Below are positions 39,251-53,605 of a stretch of 64,000 nucleotides of DNA, piece by piece. The position numbers and the translations under genes are program-made. Below the pieces are notes generated by a model, which made no database searches, was not told the origin of the DNA, and saw only the letters and a list, made by a program, of their open reading frames with translations. The stretch's first letter is position 1; each line of letters opens with the position of its first letter. Origin of the DNA: Eledone cirrhosa (lineage: Eukaryota); assembly GCA_964016885.1 (NCBI GenBank), contig OZ024742.1:275094001-275158000 (forward strand). Reading direction: 5' to 3'.

Positions 39251-39956
39251 CAAAATAGTCTCTTATAATTAAATTGCTCAAGGAAAGAGAGTTTTCCGAG
39301 CCGTGTAATATAATAGAAAATAAAACAGAGATAAACACAGATATATACATATATGTGTTCAAATTCTTCTGAGATACTTAGAAGTGAAGGTTTTACAGAT
39401 TTTACACCACTGATGAGCAAAGAATTGGAAATTCCCTCCATTAAATTTGCTAAATTTGCGATACCAAAAGTGTTTGGGTGTTTGGCAGGTGCGTAATATT
39501 GATTTCTATTTCTTTTCTTGATTTATTTTTTTGAAATTGAGTCTGGCAAACCCTAATTTTCATAGTATTTTCTTCACCTTAGCGAATGTGGTCCCTTACG
39601 ATTTGAACACATATATGTATATATCTGTGTTTATCTCTCTATTATATTCAATTATATATATATATATATATATATATATCATAAAACATGTCTATAGAAT
39701 CACCAGATAAAATATATACCGTTTCCTCTCCCAATTAGCATAATTAACCATATAAAAAATCGATTATACCAAGCTATAAGAATAAAGGCTTCTATGAAGA
39801 AATCTCCGACAAATAACCGAAACCAGCCCTTCGCGGCGGTTGCGACGGAGTATTTATCGAGTATTTCGACAGCGTGTATAAATCGTCCAGATATACAGTC
39901 AACTAAACAGAATTAGGTGTAAAATAAACTAGGAGAAAAGTGAACATATTTAGTGA

Positions 39957-40032
39957 CCTCTACCATGGTTTCGTCCGCATTTTAAGATATCCAATAACTT
40001 TGGACATCTGGAGCACCGGACTCTTCAGGAGT
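39957..40032 (-). ncRNA. Intact hammerhead ribozyme with extended stem II
   Basis: ctc CTGAAGA gtccg [..agatgtccaa-agtta-ttggatatct..] cggac GAAA ccatgg TA gag. Confidence 0.82.
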
Positions 40033-40244
40033 TAGCTCAAATTTAGACAATTAATTTTCCAAAGTGATCGCGCCAAGAATACATTCAAAAATGGCTAAGA
40101 ATCGTGACGTACCTCCTCCGACCTCGTGTATGTAATATACATATATATTTGTGTGTATGTAAATCTGTTTGAATACATACGTATGTGGATGTGTGTATAT
40201 GTGTTCAGGTATGCATATGTATATGCATGTGTGTGTATGTATAT

Positions 40245-40276
<32 letters not shown>

Positions 40277-40324
40277 CATATATATATATATGTATGTATG
40301 TATGTGTGTATATGTGTTCTAATA

Positions 40325-42775
40325 CCCGAGCATGTAACCTCCTTCTCTCCCAAACTCTCACATTCACATCCACGCATACTCACACACGTACACCTACACA
40401 CATACACACAGACCACCTTCCGCCTTCCCGACCCAGGCTTTATATCTGGTCACCCATTTCACCCGGAGAGCTTCAACTCCCCATCCCTCGTCCACGCCGC
40501 TCTCACCCCTTCCCGCACAGTCGGCAGTTCCACAGCTCTCATCCCATGCCCCCGCGCCCCCACCCATCGTATTCCCTTCCCCCTCACTTACCAACCCACC
40601 AACCTGCCCCTCCACCACATCACCGTCCGCTTCTTGCGGCGCCTCCACTCCGAGTCCTTCACCCCATCTCCCCATCACCACCCTCTTCTCCTTCAAACGC
40701 GCGCGCAACCTCTGCAACAGCCTCGACCGCAGCTCCCTATTTCCAAGCCCCGTCCCCCGCCCCCGGTTCCCTTCCCTGCTCCGGACCCTGCTGCCACACC
40801 TGACCCCACATTACCAACACCACCACCCTCCAGGGTCCCAAGGGCCTGCCTCTCTCGGGCCGGCATGCCCTCTACTGTACCTCCTCCGACCTCGTGCAGC
40901 GCGTCCTATATCGGACAGACCGGACGTCGCCTGGCGGATCGGTTCACGGAGCATCTCAGAGTTCCCCCATCGCCCGCCTCTTTGGTTTCGCTGGACACTC
41001 CGCCAGCAACCTCACAGTTGCGGCCTGATTGAATGCCATGGGACACCCAAAACCCGGCTTAGGGCCGATCAACACACCATTTTCACCCTACAGACCCATA
41101 TGTCCCCCGGCCTGAACTCCCCACTCCTCTTCTTTAAGCCTTCAACTGTTCATCTCCACCTCCCTCTCTCCTAGACACACACCCTATTAAAACCACTAAA
41201 ACACTCCTAAGAATAACAGTCTCCTCCACTTCCAGCCATCTCCACCCCCTTGGTTCACCCCCCCCCCTAATAATACCAACAACCTCCACGCCTCTCCCTA
41301 TCACACACGCACCCATACCCTCAACACACACAAACCAGTAGTTTATGTACGCTTGCTCACACTATTCACACACCCTACTACCACCACTAACCCCAACCCA
41401 CACATCCGCATACTAAGCAGCCCCCAAATCACTTTCCCCCTCACAACGCACACACGAACACACACCAGCATATATACACTCACCCACAATTACGTACATA
41501 CCCATACACAACCTACTCCACACCACACTACCTCCATTAACCCCAACCACACACCCGTATTCCACCACCCTACCACTAATAATACTAACACCCCCCCCCC
41601 CCTATCACACACGCACTCACACCCAAACACACACACACACACCGGTATATCACATCCACTCCTACAGTACCCACCACCTTCTATCTCCCCTCGTACTACC
41701 AACACCCCACAGACACACATCCTACTAACACCTCCACTAATACACCCCCCTCCACACACACACACACACACATCACCACCTTCTCCCTCAACTTTTTACA
41801 CTGGCCCACCTCATCTCCTGTCCACTGCACCTCCGCACACACATACACACATTTCACATACACATACAGGCCGCACCTGCTAACTACCACGCGCCTGACT
41901 GTTCCTTACCCTATTGACTGCTATCTCCTCTCTCTCTCGCATCGTTCGCCCTTCCTTCTCCACCCCTGCCTTGACCTTCTTGACCACGTCCTGTTGCACG
42001 TGCCCCACAACTTTCTACTTCCTCCTCACCAATTCCACGGATCCTACACCGCTGGTCGCAATCTATGGACATCTACCCGATAACACCCGTATTCTCAGCA
42101 TCCGACAACACAGTCACCGGAAAAACATTCAGCAACAGACGCACACACACACAAAAACTTACACCATTTTTGCACACACGCAACCATACATTCCCACGTA
42201 TCCACACCACACAAAAACACACACACGTGCGTATCCTCACATACACCAACTCTGCCTCCGGACTCCGCATGCTCCCTCTACCCCAACCCTTCTCCATCCA
42301 CAGGCACAAACACGTAGACTTACAACCCACCCCATGTACACACTGGTTCCTCGTTCTCTTCCAAACTCCCACTGTCACATCCACGCATACACACACACAG
42401 GTACACCTACACACATACACGCACACCACCTTCCAACTTCCCCACTCAGAACCCAATTACCTTATCTCCTCCCCCTATCCACCCACCACCACCTCTACAC
42501 GCCTCACATCCTTTCACCGCTTGTTTTCATTTTGTTTTTCTTTCCTTCATTTTAATTATTTTTCCTTCATTTTAATTTTCCGCACTTTATTTTAATGTCT
42601 TTCCACCACTCCCTCCTTACATTCTCTCGGAACCCTTTTCATTCCCAATTTTCTGCTGATGTGATGACGGGATTATGCCCGAAACATCGTCCCCCACCCC
42701 CTCTGTCAAGCGTGAACCTAATACCAACACTGTTCGTAACTGCGCTCCTTGTTATTGTTTTTTACTTTGCCTATA
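40325..42775 (+). mobile_element. 5'-truncated C-rich PLE (relative of 2760-6085)
   Basis: FPLTYQP..LH, Cys linker, YIGQTGRRLADRFTEHL (~40908-40958). Degenerate HHR at 42656-42690 (gTGATGA cggg attatg ccc GAAAC) with the same downstream aagcgtgaacctaata as ~6019-6034. 40330-40430 resembles its own 3' region at 42345-42445. Confidence 0.85.
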
Positions 42776-42779
42776 TATA

Positions 42780-45700
42780 TAATAGAAGATGATACAAACA
42801 ATTACAAAGCGGACATCTATGAAAAATGGATTAACTCATCCCCATTAATCAACCCCCGCAAACTACAAATTAAATCCATCCCAAACGAACCAGAGACACA
42901 AAGACGCCTCAGAGAAAGAATGGCACTTGATAAGATAAAAACCGAAATTGAACTCCTTAAATTGAGAGCCCAAGCAAATGAAGATAGGATCAAATCGATC
43001 GACGATGAGATTAATCTAGCAATTATCAATATAACCAAAGACACCACCCTAGAAAATATTTCAAAATTGTGGTTAGTGGACTGTAATAAGGAATAATTAA
43101 AATCCCTTCAACGCTAGGAAATAAACGAAACCTGGTTCTCTAACTATGAAACACTTTTCCAAAAAGAACACACATCCAAGAACCCCTTCATTAAAACCAT
43201 AATAACAAGAAAACTTAATCAACACCCAAACAACACACAACAACCATCAACAACAAAAAAAACAATACCTCCCCGCATACCAACAAAAGAAGGCATCACC
43301 TCCTACATCCTCCACACAACTACCACACGGACTCCCAAGCAACAAATATAGTAATAGAGAAACATCAGCTACAGGATAGACACTACAACTTCTCTCCTAC
43401 CAGGAGAAACCATAACCCCACCCCACCCCCCACCCCCAAAAACACAAGACAACCCTACTACAACTAGCACCAAGTCTACACACTCTACAACAACAGCAGT
43501 GCTCAACACAACCACACGATACAACCCAACTTCAACAACCACCACAACTTCACACCCTATAACCACGTCCATCAAATCTACACACCCTACAACAACATCA
43601 GCAGGGCTCAATACAACCACACGATACAACCTAAACTCAAAAACCACCACAGCTACACACCAGCTACACACCAGCTACACAGCAGCTACACAGCAGGAGC
43701 TACACAGCAGCTACACAGCAGGAGCTACACAGCAGCTACACAGCAGGAGCCAATTCAACTATAAAAGACATCCAAACTTCAACAGCCATCACAACTTCCG
43801 TAATCATTTTTTAGACACAGCACAGCACAGGATTACAAGATAACACAAAACACACAGGAGACACAAAATGCAATAAAAATTGTCAATTTAACCCCTAAAG
43901 AAATAACAACAGACCAAATCAACATACTCTCCAAAGGTCTAAAATTTACACCAACTCACCAACAACCAAACTACCCCGAAATGAAGGAAGATATTGCAGA
44001 ATTCTGTAGAAAACTAAGACTCAACGAACAACTATACGACAAATACAATGAGGATGACTCAATAGCCAGAAATAGAAGCAACTACACACCACCAAAAGGC
44101 AAGAATAAATTCCTCGATCAATTCTGCGAACACATTACTAATTACCCATACCACCACCTACACAGACATAAACAAAAACCAAACCTAAGCCAAAAAGAAT
44201 GGAATGGTCTTAACAGTCTAAAAAACGACAAAACCCTAACAATCAAAGAGGCAGATAAAGGGAGTGCAGTAGTCCTTATGGAGACAGATTATTACACAAC
44301 TCTAGTACTCTCAACTTTAGAAAACCAAACATATTATGAAAAGGCCCAACACTACACACAACAGAAAATAATGAGAAACCTAAAATCCCTAACAACCCTT
44401 TACAAAGAAGGCCTTACAGACAAGGAATACAACTACATCACCAATTTCAAAAGCAGAACCAGCCTCTTCTACGGTATCCCCAATACACACAAAAGCGAAG
44501 TAATATTCAGGGCCTGCAAGCAAGCCACAGACGTTTACATCAATATAGCCCCTCCTGATGACCTTAAATTAAGACCCATAATAGAGGCACTACATGTCGA
44601 AACACAGTATAAGCAAGCTTCTAGAAGGGTCGACCTTGACATGCTAACTACCTCATAAAAGCTTATAAGGGACGACCTTGATCATTTGTACCTAGTAACC
44701 TTTGATGTCATCAATTTATATTCCAATATCCCACACAACCTAGGTATAGAGGCAATACAATTCTGGATGGAAAATTTCCCTAGTAAACTTCCACAACGCA
44801 TCCCTAAAGAATTTGTGTTGGAGGGACTCAAATTCATCTTGGAAAACAATTTCTTCAAATTCAATGCCAAATACTACAGACAGAAATCTGGGACTGCCAT
44901 GGGCACGAAAGTGGCCCCCTCATACGCCAACTTTGTCATGGGATATTTGGAAACCACTCTCTACCGCAAAGTTCTAGACAAATACGGCAACCACTTCTAC
45001 CAACACATAGAAAAGAACTGGAAGAGATATCTGGACGACAGCTTCATCCTCTGGCATGAAAGTATAGATAGACTGTTTGAGTTCAAAACCCTTCTGAATG
45101 GGCTCAACACTAACTTACAATTCACAATGGATTACGGCCATGAACAACTCCCTTTCCTCGACATCCTCATCAAGAAAACAAGCAACACAATAGAAACAGA
45201 CATATACTACAAACTGACAGACTCCAAACAATACCTTCCATTCAACTCGTGCCACCCTAGACATACGAAAATGGCAATTCCTTATAACCTAGCCAGAAGG
45301 AGCTGCACAATAGTTTCAGATAAATACACATGCTACACACGACTAGAAGAATTAAAAAACACACTTATCAGCAGAAACTACCCACCATCCCTAATCACCA
45401 ATGGATTCCAACGTGCCCTAAAACTAGACATCCAGGAACTCAGACACCCCAAACCCAGGAATGAACCGCAACAAAAAACTCTACCATACATCTCCACATA
45501 CAACGCCCTCAACAATGAGGCATTAGACACCATCCTCCAGAACATTCCTTTACTAAAAAGAGACCCAAGAATGAACAATATCCTCCAAACATACAACATC
45601 ATAAAGAGCAAAAGGCAACCCAAATTCATAAAAAACATCCTCACACAAGCCAAAATCCAACAAACCCTCACAATGAACCCTACAGTAACAAAATGCGGAA

Positions 45701-46600
45701 GGCCCAACTGTGGCATATGCATAAATCTAATAGAAGGTTCAACATTCCATTTTAAACAAGGACAACGTTTCACAGTTAAACACAACTTTGCATGTGCATC
45801 TGAAAACCTTATCTATGTTTTGACCTGCTCAGGTTGTCAAGAGCACTACATAGGACAGACAAAAAACAGCCTCCGTCAACGTATGAACGTCCATAAATCA
45901 AAAAATAAAATACAGGAATACAGAAAGATTGCATTTAGTGAACATATCGCCAATTGTGCTCTCAACCAACATCCAAACATTAAAATTTTCCCCATTTACA
46001 AATTCATAGACAACGCTACTTTCATCCAACGTACCAATAAGGAAACGCATTTCATTAATAAATTCACTACTCAATGCCCTAAAAATCGGACCAATCTAAA
46101 ACTGCAACAAACCATCAAACATTTACAAGAGTTACCTCCCTCACACCCTACCTAATCCTTTTTCTTAAATAAATTAAATATCACCCAGCAAGAATTGCAT
46201 CCCACTGTATATTAACTCTCTAAAAAGGGAAATCATATCAAACCTCAGTCCACAATTTGCCTCCATCACAGAACCATGGTTCAACTAATCACTCTTGCTA
46301 TATTAACACATTTTGATCTGCTTAATTTCATTGACTGTGCTTGTAAATAACATTATTTTTTCTTCCACATTGACTTTTTACGTTCCACATTATGCACGTT
46401 TTTTTCCTTTTTCTTTTTTCTTTTCACTTCTTAAACCTTGTTTGTAAATAACATTATTCTTTCTGCACCTTCTGTTTAACATGTGCGACACCACACTAAT
46501 ACATTTCACTATCATTTGATAATGCATATAAATACTGAAACCGGTAATAGACAATAATTAAATATATAAATAGATAAATAAATGCCATTGTTAAATAATA
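42780..46600 (+). mobile_element. Near full-length Neptune-like PLE, inactivated
   Basis: ORFs 42749-43096, 43981-44658 and 44686-46155. Degenerate HHR at ~46509-46550 (ctat..GAAA ccgg TA atag, core mutated). Confidence 0.9.
43880..46155 (+). pseudogene. PLE RT + GIY-YIG endonuclease, broken at ~44600-44690
   Basis: IKEADKGSAVV, LRPII, FDVINLYSNIPH, GTAMGTKVAPSYAN, RYLDD, LPFLDI, CGRPNCGIC, LIYVLTC..C..YIGQT..LRQRMNVH. Confidence 0.9.
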
Positions 46601-46766
46601 AATAAATCAACTAATACCTTAACACTTCACACAAAGTAAAACATTTCGTTTTAATCATTTTCTAACCCAGAAAAAAGAGAGAGAGAAACAAAAAAGGAAA
46701 AAAATATATTTTTCTTCCTCATAATCGTCTCTTTCTCCCTGTTTTCATATATATATATATATTTAT

Positions 46767-48535
46767 ATAATATAAGATCAAAAGATGGTTAAAGGAGTTC
46801 TATGTATTTTATTATGCGCATTTCAAAAACAAACATCATCATGCAATAATATTTGTGTTTTCATCAGATAAAACAGGAGAACATGATATGAAGGCTAAGA
46901 AACACTTGTGGATAGTGCAGTTTTAAATCAACATATGAAAAGTGGTTTTAGATTGATGTGTGATATTGGGAAAAATATTTTATTTAGAGAGGGGGTGGTG
47001 GAAAGGATGAAAAAGGGGAGGAGATGAGAGGGAGAGATGGGTGATAGAGAGAAAGATAGTTTTTTATAACTGAGAGGAGATATATTGTTTTACATAGAGA
47101 GGTTGAAAACCGTTGGAAGATAATGTATAAATTAAAAGAATTTGAAAATTAACGAAGGGAGGATATGTGCGAGGAAAAAATATTTTATTTAGGGAGGGGG
47201 GGTGGAAAGGATGAAAAAAGGGGGAGGAGATGAGAGTGAAGGTGGAGAGGGAGAGATGGGTGATAGAGAGAAAGAGATAGTTTTTATAACTGAGAAAAAG
47301 ATATATTGTTTTACATAGAGAGGTTGAGAACCGTTGGAAGATAATGTATAAATTAAAGGAATTTGAAAATTAACGAAGGGAATTTATGTATGAAGATAGA
47401 GAGAAAAAATAATAATTTGGATGAATATTCTAACGTCAAAAAAAGTGTATGTTGATAAGTATTGTGGAAATTTCAAAATTAACGAAGAGAAAAATTATTA
47501 AGGTTTGTGTGTAGAAGGATTTGAGAAAAATAATGTGAAGTTAAAGTTTGTATATTGAAGGAATTGATAATATATGCGAATAAAGAGTTAATATGTATTA
47601 AGAATGAGTTCGTTGATGGGGAGAAAAAAATAATAAATTAAGGATGAAATTGAGATTAAAAAGTTTTATGATAGAGAGAAAAAATAATAATGATTGCGGA
47701 TGAATATTCTAACGTCAAAAAACAAATGTATATGTTATGAAGGATTTTACAAGGTGAAGATAGAAAGAGGGTAATGAGTAAACATGTATTATAGAGTGTA
47801 TAATGCCCTTTAAAGTAATTTGGAAGATTAGTATATTTTAAAGAGGTGTATGTATATGTGCCTTTGAGAAAAGATTCTAAATTGATAAAGAATTGAATAT
47901 TAACTGTATACTTTGTGAAAAGTCCTATGGAATTTATGCAGGCAGATAGAAAACAAATCTGTACGTCTATTTATTATAGAATCTAGGTTAGAGATAATGG
48001 TAAATTTTTCATTTAGGCAGAGATTACAGATTTTAGATAGAGACCTGTTCAAGTATGAGTATGCAGAAGAAACCTTCTTCCAAAAGATGGTATATTTAAT
48101 GTTTTTGTCTTTCAAGGACCATATGAGTTCTGAGAGAGCCGTGTTGGTTCTTTTCCCCATCAACGAACTCATTCTTAATACATATTAACTCTTTATTCGC
48201 ATATATTATCAATTCCTTCAATATACAAACTTTAACTTCACATTATTTTTCTCAAATCCTCTCATCTCTCCCTCTCATCTCCTCCCCTTTTTCATCCTTT
48301 CCACCACCCCCTCTATAAATAAAATATTTTTCCCAATATCACACATCAATCTAAAACCACTTTTCATATGTTGATTTAAAACTGCACTATCCACAAGTGT
48401 TTCTTAGCCTTCATATCATGTTCTCCTGTTTTATCTGATGAAAACACAAATATTATTGCATGATGATGTTTGTTTTTGAAATGCGCATAATAAAATACAT
48501 GGAACTCCTTTAACCATCTTTTGATCTTATATTAT
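46767..48535 (-). mobile_element. 5'-truncated PLE with inverted copy of its 3' pseudo-LTR; HHR in both ends
   Basis: 46767-47038 is the reverse complement of 48263-48535, and 47516-47622 of 48153-48260. GIY-YIG tail in ORF 47900-48172 (LSELIWSLK..CNLCLNEK). HHRs at 46807-46873(-) and 48429-48495(+): ttttat CTGATGA..GAAA tgcgca TA ataaaa. Confidence 0.9.
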
Positions 48536-48618
48536 GTATACTCCAGTCCTACAAACTGTAGAGTGCTTCTTATCCGATATCTGCATTGCTTTATTGTACT
48601 ACAATAAAACTCACCTCC

Positions 48619-49257
<639 letters not shown>

Positions 49258-49263
<6 letters not shown>

Positions 49264-50521
49264 ATACTTTGGGAGGGTCATGTTGCCAATAAGAAACACA
49301 CGCACCAGTTGCTTTCACTTCAATTTATTATTATAATAAATTTATAATAAATTTATAAATTTATAGATTTCTGGTTAGTTGGTTGGTTCCACAACCAGAT
49401 AGTTGTTTATATATTGTCATAGTTCTTTCGTCACACACTCTGTGACCTCTTCAGTGACTGGGGATTCCTTTCTTTGTTTCTGTGCCTCTCCTTTGTTCTG
49501 TCCTACGCCATTTTGTTTCTGTGTGTGTGTTGTGTGCTCAGTCTGCGCATGCGCCACATCCGGGTGTCTGTGTGTGTTTATGTTCATTTATTTATTTGTT
49601 TATTTACATGTTACTGGTTGGTTGTTTGTTCTATGTGTGTGTGTGTTTTCATTTTGTCCTTAATTGTAAGTTGTGATGTTGCTGTTCCACTCATATTTTC
49701 TATTTAATTTTGGTTGTCATTCTTTTATGTTTATTGCCTCTGTAATTTGTCTAAACATTGCGTCTTTTCTGTGTGTAGATTCTATTTTTATTTCTATGTT
49801 CTCTAATTTACCCTTGTGTTCTATTTTAGCATGTTGGTAGAGTACAGATGATTCTTTACTATCTTGAAGGTCTCGCCAGTGTTCATTTATCCGTTCCCCT
49901 ACACTACGAGCTGTCTCACCTATGTACACTATATTTTTGTCTCTACATTGTCCTTCAGTACATCTTATGCTATACACTACATTTCTAGTTTTACATTTAA
50001 TATGGGGGCTTATTTTACAGGTTATACATTTCTTATCTATACATGATGGTCTTTGAAAAGGGTATGTCTTGCTAATAAGTGTTTTTACGGAGGTACCTGC
50101 TCTTTCTACTATCTTAATATTGAGTTTATGTTTATTTAGGGCCCTTCTAAATTTGTAAGCTAATTCAGCTCTAGGGATTGTATCGATGAACATTACACTC
50201 TGGTATTTATTGCTATCATACCATGAGTTTTTTCTATTAGCGTTGTTCCTAGTTCTTTCTATTCTATTCCAAAATTTGCTCCTATACAAGGGGCAGGTCC
50301 CATTTATGTCATTATTCACCATTTTTTCCCATTTGGTTCTGGCTCCTCTATACACTCTGATTTTTTCTCTCTGATTGTAGCCAGAGAACTGCATGCGGTG
50401 GATGAAGTGTTGTATGTGTCTCTCTAGTTCTTCGGGGTTGCACATAATAATAATTTGAAGTGAAAGCAACTGGTGCGTGTGTTTCTTATTGGCAACATGA
50501 TCCTCCCAAAGTATAACAATA
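49258..50521 (-). mobile_element. 5'-truncated PLE of a third type with ~72-bp inverted terminal copy
   Basis: ORF 49717-~50445 (MQFSGY..PLYRS..C..C..C..NVVYSIRC..YIGETARSVGERINEH..RQITEA). 49258-49332 is the reverse complement of 50447-50521. HHR at 49416-49458(-): gtca CTGAAGA g gtcaca gagtg tgtgac GAAA gaac TA tgac. Confidence 0.88.
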
Positions 50522-50578
50522 TCGGTTTCAACACACGATTTCAGATAAAGAATCTTGCTAAACAAATTCAGAAACGAA

Positions 50579-50697
<119 letters not shown>

Positions 50698-50699
50698 AA

Positions 50700-51029
50700 A
50701 GAATAGAGGTGTAACACACAAGTTATTATATATTATATATGCAAAAATTCTTGTGAATTTTGCAACACAAAAATAACGCTGGAGCCACTTTTTTAACATA
50801 AAAACAGGTAGAATTCCCAAAACTAATCAGATCAGAGCAAACAGCACGGACACTCTATCTCAAAATTATTTTTGAAAAGCATTTAAAAATGCGCAACCGT
50901 TAAAAACTTAAAAACTTAAAACCACAACTGAATACTAACCCATACAATCACTAATACTCTTTTATTCCTAATTAAACCATTTTTCAACTGTGAACAATTT
51001 GTCAGCATTTTCTATTCCGTTTACCAACA

Positions 51030-51121
<92 letters not shown>

Positions 51122-51308
51122 AACCAGTAAGACCCCGACAGCTGAGCTCAAGCCGTTTCGACGGCTAATTCTGTCCAGAATTAGCCGTCGAAACGGCTTG
51201 AGCTCAGCTGTCGGGGTCTTACTGGTTCCTATTACCCACTCTACTACTTCAAGTATTGAGTACTTTGGTGCGTTATGGTCCACCTGGTTCCTTACCACAT
51301 TTCCTTCG

Positions 51309-51347
<39 letters not shown>

Positions 51348-51595
51348 TAAAAAGGAAAAGAAAATGCTGACAAATGTTTCCCAGTGAAAAATAGTTTAAT
51401 TAGGAATAAGTATAAATAATAATAAGTATTGGTTAGTATTCAGTTTCAGTTTTAAGTTTTTACCGGTTGCGCATTTCTAATGCTTTTCAAAAATAATTTT
51501 GATATAGAGCGCTCGTGATGTTTGCTCTGAAAGCAAACATCACAGCATTTTCTTTTCCTTTTTACTAATATATCGCAACTCGTGTGTCACACCTC

Positions 51596-51600
<5 letters not shown>
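50700..51600. repeat. Two diverged copies of a non-coding element in inverted orientation, flanking a perfect palindrome
   Basis: 50832-51030 is approximately the reverse complement of 51343-51530, and 50702-50722 of 51578-51599. Confidence 0.7.
51117..51310. repeat. Perfect 116-bp palindrome (57-bp arms, 2-nt loop) plus ~78-bp tail; relative at 56149-56340
   Basis: 51117-51173 is the exact reverse complement of 51176-51232. The tail 51233-51310 is approximately the reverse complement of 56149-56230. Confidence 0.92.
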
Positions 51601-51636
<36 letters not shown>

Positions 51637-51638
51637 TG

Positions 51639-51689
51639 AGATTCTACAGGACTAGAACTGTTTCATTCTCTAGAAATCATCAGGAATCT
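51639..51689 (-). ncRNA. Intact hammerhead ribozyme with fully formed stem III
   Basis: agattc CTGATGA tttctagagaat GAA acag ttctagtc ctgT A gaatct (GUA site). It ends a ~500-bp non-coding element; a relative lies at 57640-57910(+). Confidence 0.82.
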
Positions 51690-52187
51690 GGGTATCAAAA
51701 AATAAGTATGGTATTTATAGGTCTTTTCAAGTGGTAGGAGAGGGTAGGGAGTGGGATGGGTGTAGGTCATTGGTTGATAGAAAAGGGAATTCATTAAAAG
51801 CTAATTCTTCAAACCTATAGTTAATTTTTAGAGTAACAAAGGCAGAAAGAATTCTATAAACAAGTTCAGGATGGGGTGCCACTCCTTATTTTTAAGTTTC
51901 TCTTAAGCTAACAGGTGTCTATAAGATCAGTGGGGGTCAGTCATGGTTGGTGGATTCATAGGAAAGGGAGATTCTTTAAAAGCTAAATTCTTTAAGATTC
52001 TACTAAGTGACAAAGGCCTAGAGAATTCTGTAGACAAATTCAAAATATTGAGTGCATATCATACCATTATCTTCAAATATTAAAACTTTTATACTCTGCA
52101 ATGTATTGAGTACCTTACTTACTGTGGTTACCTCCGATTCAACCCGGATTAACGTATATATATATATAGATATATATATATATTTTT

Positions 52188-52560
52188 ATATTTGGGGAGG
52201 GTCATATTGTTATACTTGGGGAGGGTCATATTGTTGTAATAATTGTTTCCACTTTTGGCACAAGACCAGCAAAATACCCAGTACATTACTGGTACTTTAT
52301 TTTATCGACTCCGTAAGGATGAAAGTCAAAGTGAACCTCGGCGGGATTACACACTCACTGTTTTCACTTCTGTATCTTTTATATCTCCATAGTTAATTTA
52401 TTTGGCAATCAATGTTTATTATTGACTGACCAATGGTTAAAAATACATATACAAATATACATATATAGTCTATCAAAGTGCTTTCGTTGCACATCTGCAA
52501 CATCATCAGTGGTACTAGTATGTTTCCTCCCATTGTATTGTACTGTAATGTCTACGGTAT
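52188..52560 (-). mobile_element. Single-arm copy of the 23485 family with HHR (52471-52514), interrupted by a SINE
   Basis: tgttatacttggggagggtcatattgttgtaat terminus; CTGATGA tgttgcagatgtgcaac GAAA gcac TT on the minus strand. Confidence 0.75.
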
Positions 52561-52567
52561 TTTTATT

Positions 52568-52606
<39 letters not shown>

Positions 52607-52728
52607 TTCCTGTCTCCATCTCTGCGCAAGCGTTTGCGTGTGTGTATAACGGTTGGTGTGTGTGTTCGAGTTTGAGTGTGTGTTTATGTATGTATATATG
52701 TGTATGTATTATGTGTGTGTGTGTATCA

Positions 52729-52804
<76 letters not shown>

Positions 52805-53239
52805 TTCAATTTAGTAGTCAATTACAATTATTAAGCTCTAAGAAAGGGTGCCTATTGAAAATCACAGAAAATTGATTACTTCACTAATAATTATTTTATA
52901 AATAGTTGTTCCGTAATTAATTAATTATTTCATTAGTATACCATCCCTTGTGAAACAGGTTTATGTTTTGAAGTTCCGACCGATCAGCTGAAAAGGTTTG
53001 AATTTTGAAATTTAAACTTGTGTAGGCACCAAGAAGTTGCCATTTTACGTTTGTAAGTATAGATTTAATATTTAATATTTTCTAGATCGATACAGGCGGA
53101 CTATATGTACTTGAATTAAGGTATTTCTATCTGGCTAAAATATTATTGTCATTTTGCACAAAAAACACATTAGTGTTGATCATATTTTTTTAAATTGTAA
53201 TATATATATATATATATATACATGTGTATATATATATAT

Positions 53240-53605
53240 TTCTAGGGCGGGTAAAATTCCCGAGATCCATGCACGAGTTCTCTCCAGCGGTCTCTGTCCC
53301 TCATTATCGCTGCCATGTCCTGATACATTGGCTCCCTAACTTTTTATTATCGTAGTGGACTATTTTTGCGCCTTGCACTGGAGAAACACCAGGACTCTGG
53401 CTTTACTGTAGCACCGGCTCAGGGCAGGAGAGTTAAGGCGAAAAAGATATCGGATGCGGAATTTGCCGACGACATAGTTTTGGTGACAAATACAGTGAAG
53501 GAGGCAGAGGATTTGATGCAGGAGGTTGAGACTGTGTCGATGAGTGTGGGGCTGAGAATGAATGAGACTATAACAAAATATCTGGTAGAGAATGTTGAGA
53601 AGCCA
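53240..53605 (+). mobile_element. Non-LTR retrotransposon RT fragment
   Basis: DTLAP.LFIIVVDY.LRLAL...ISDAEFADDIVLV...VGLRMN..TKY. Confidence 0.75.

Noticed and set aside
49717-50565. 282-aa ORF as a complete gene, or as a Naiad-type PLE
   Set aside because: The first ~40 codons come from flank and the inverted terminal copy. The endonuclease is C-terminal, unlike Naiad/Chlamys; clade left unassigned.
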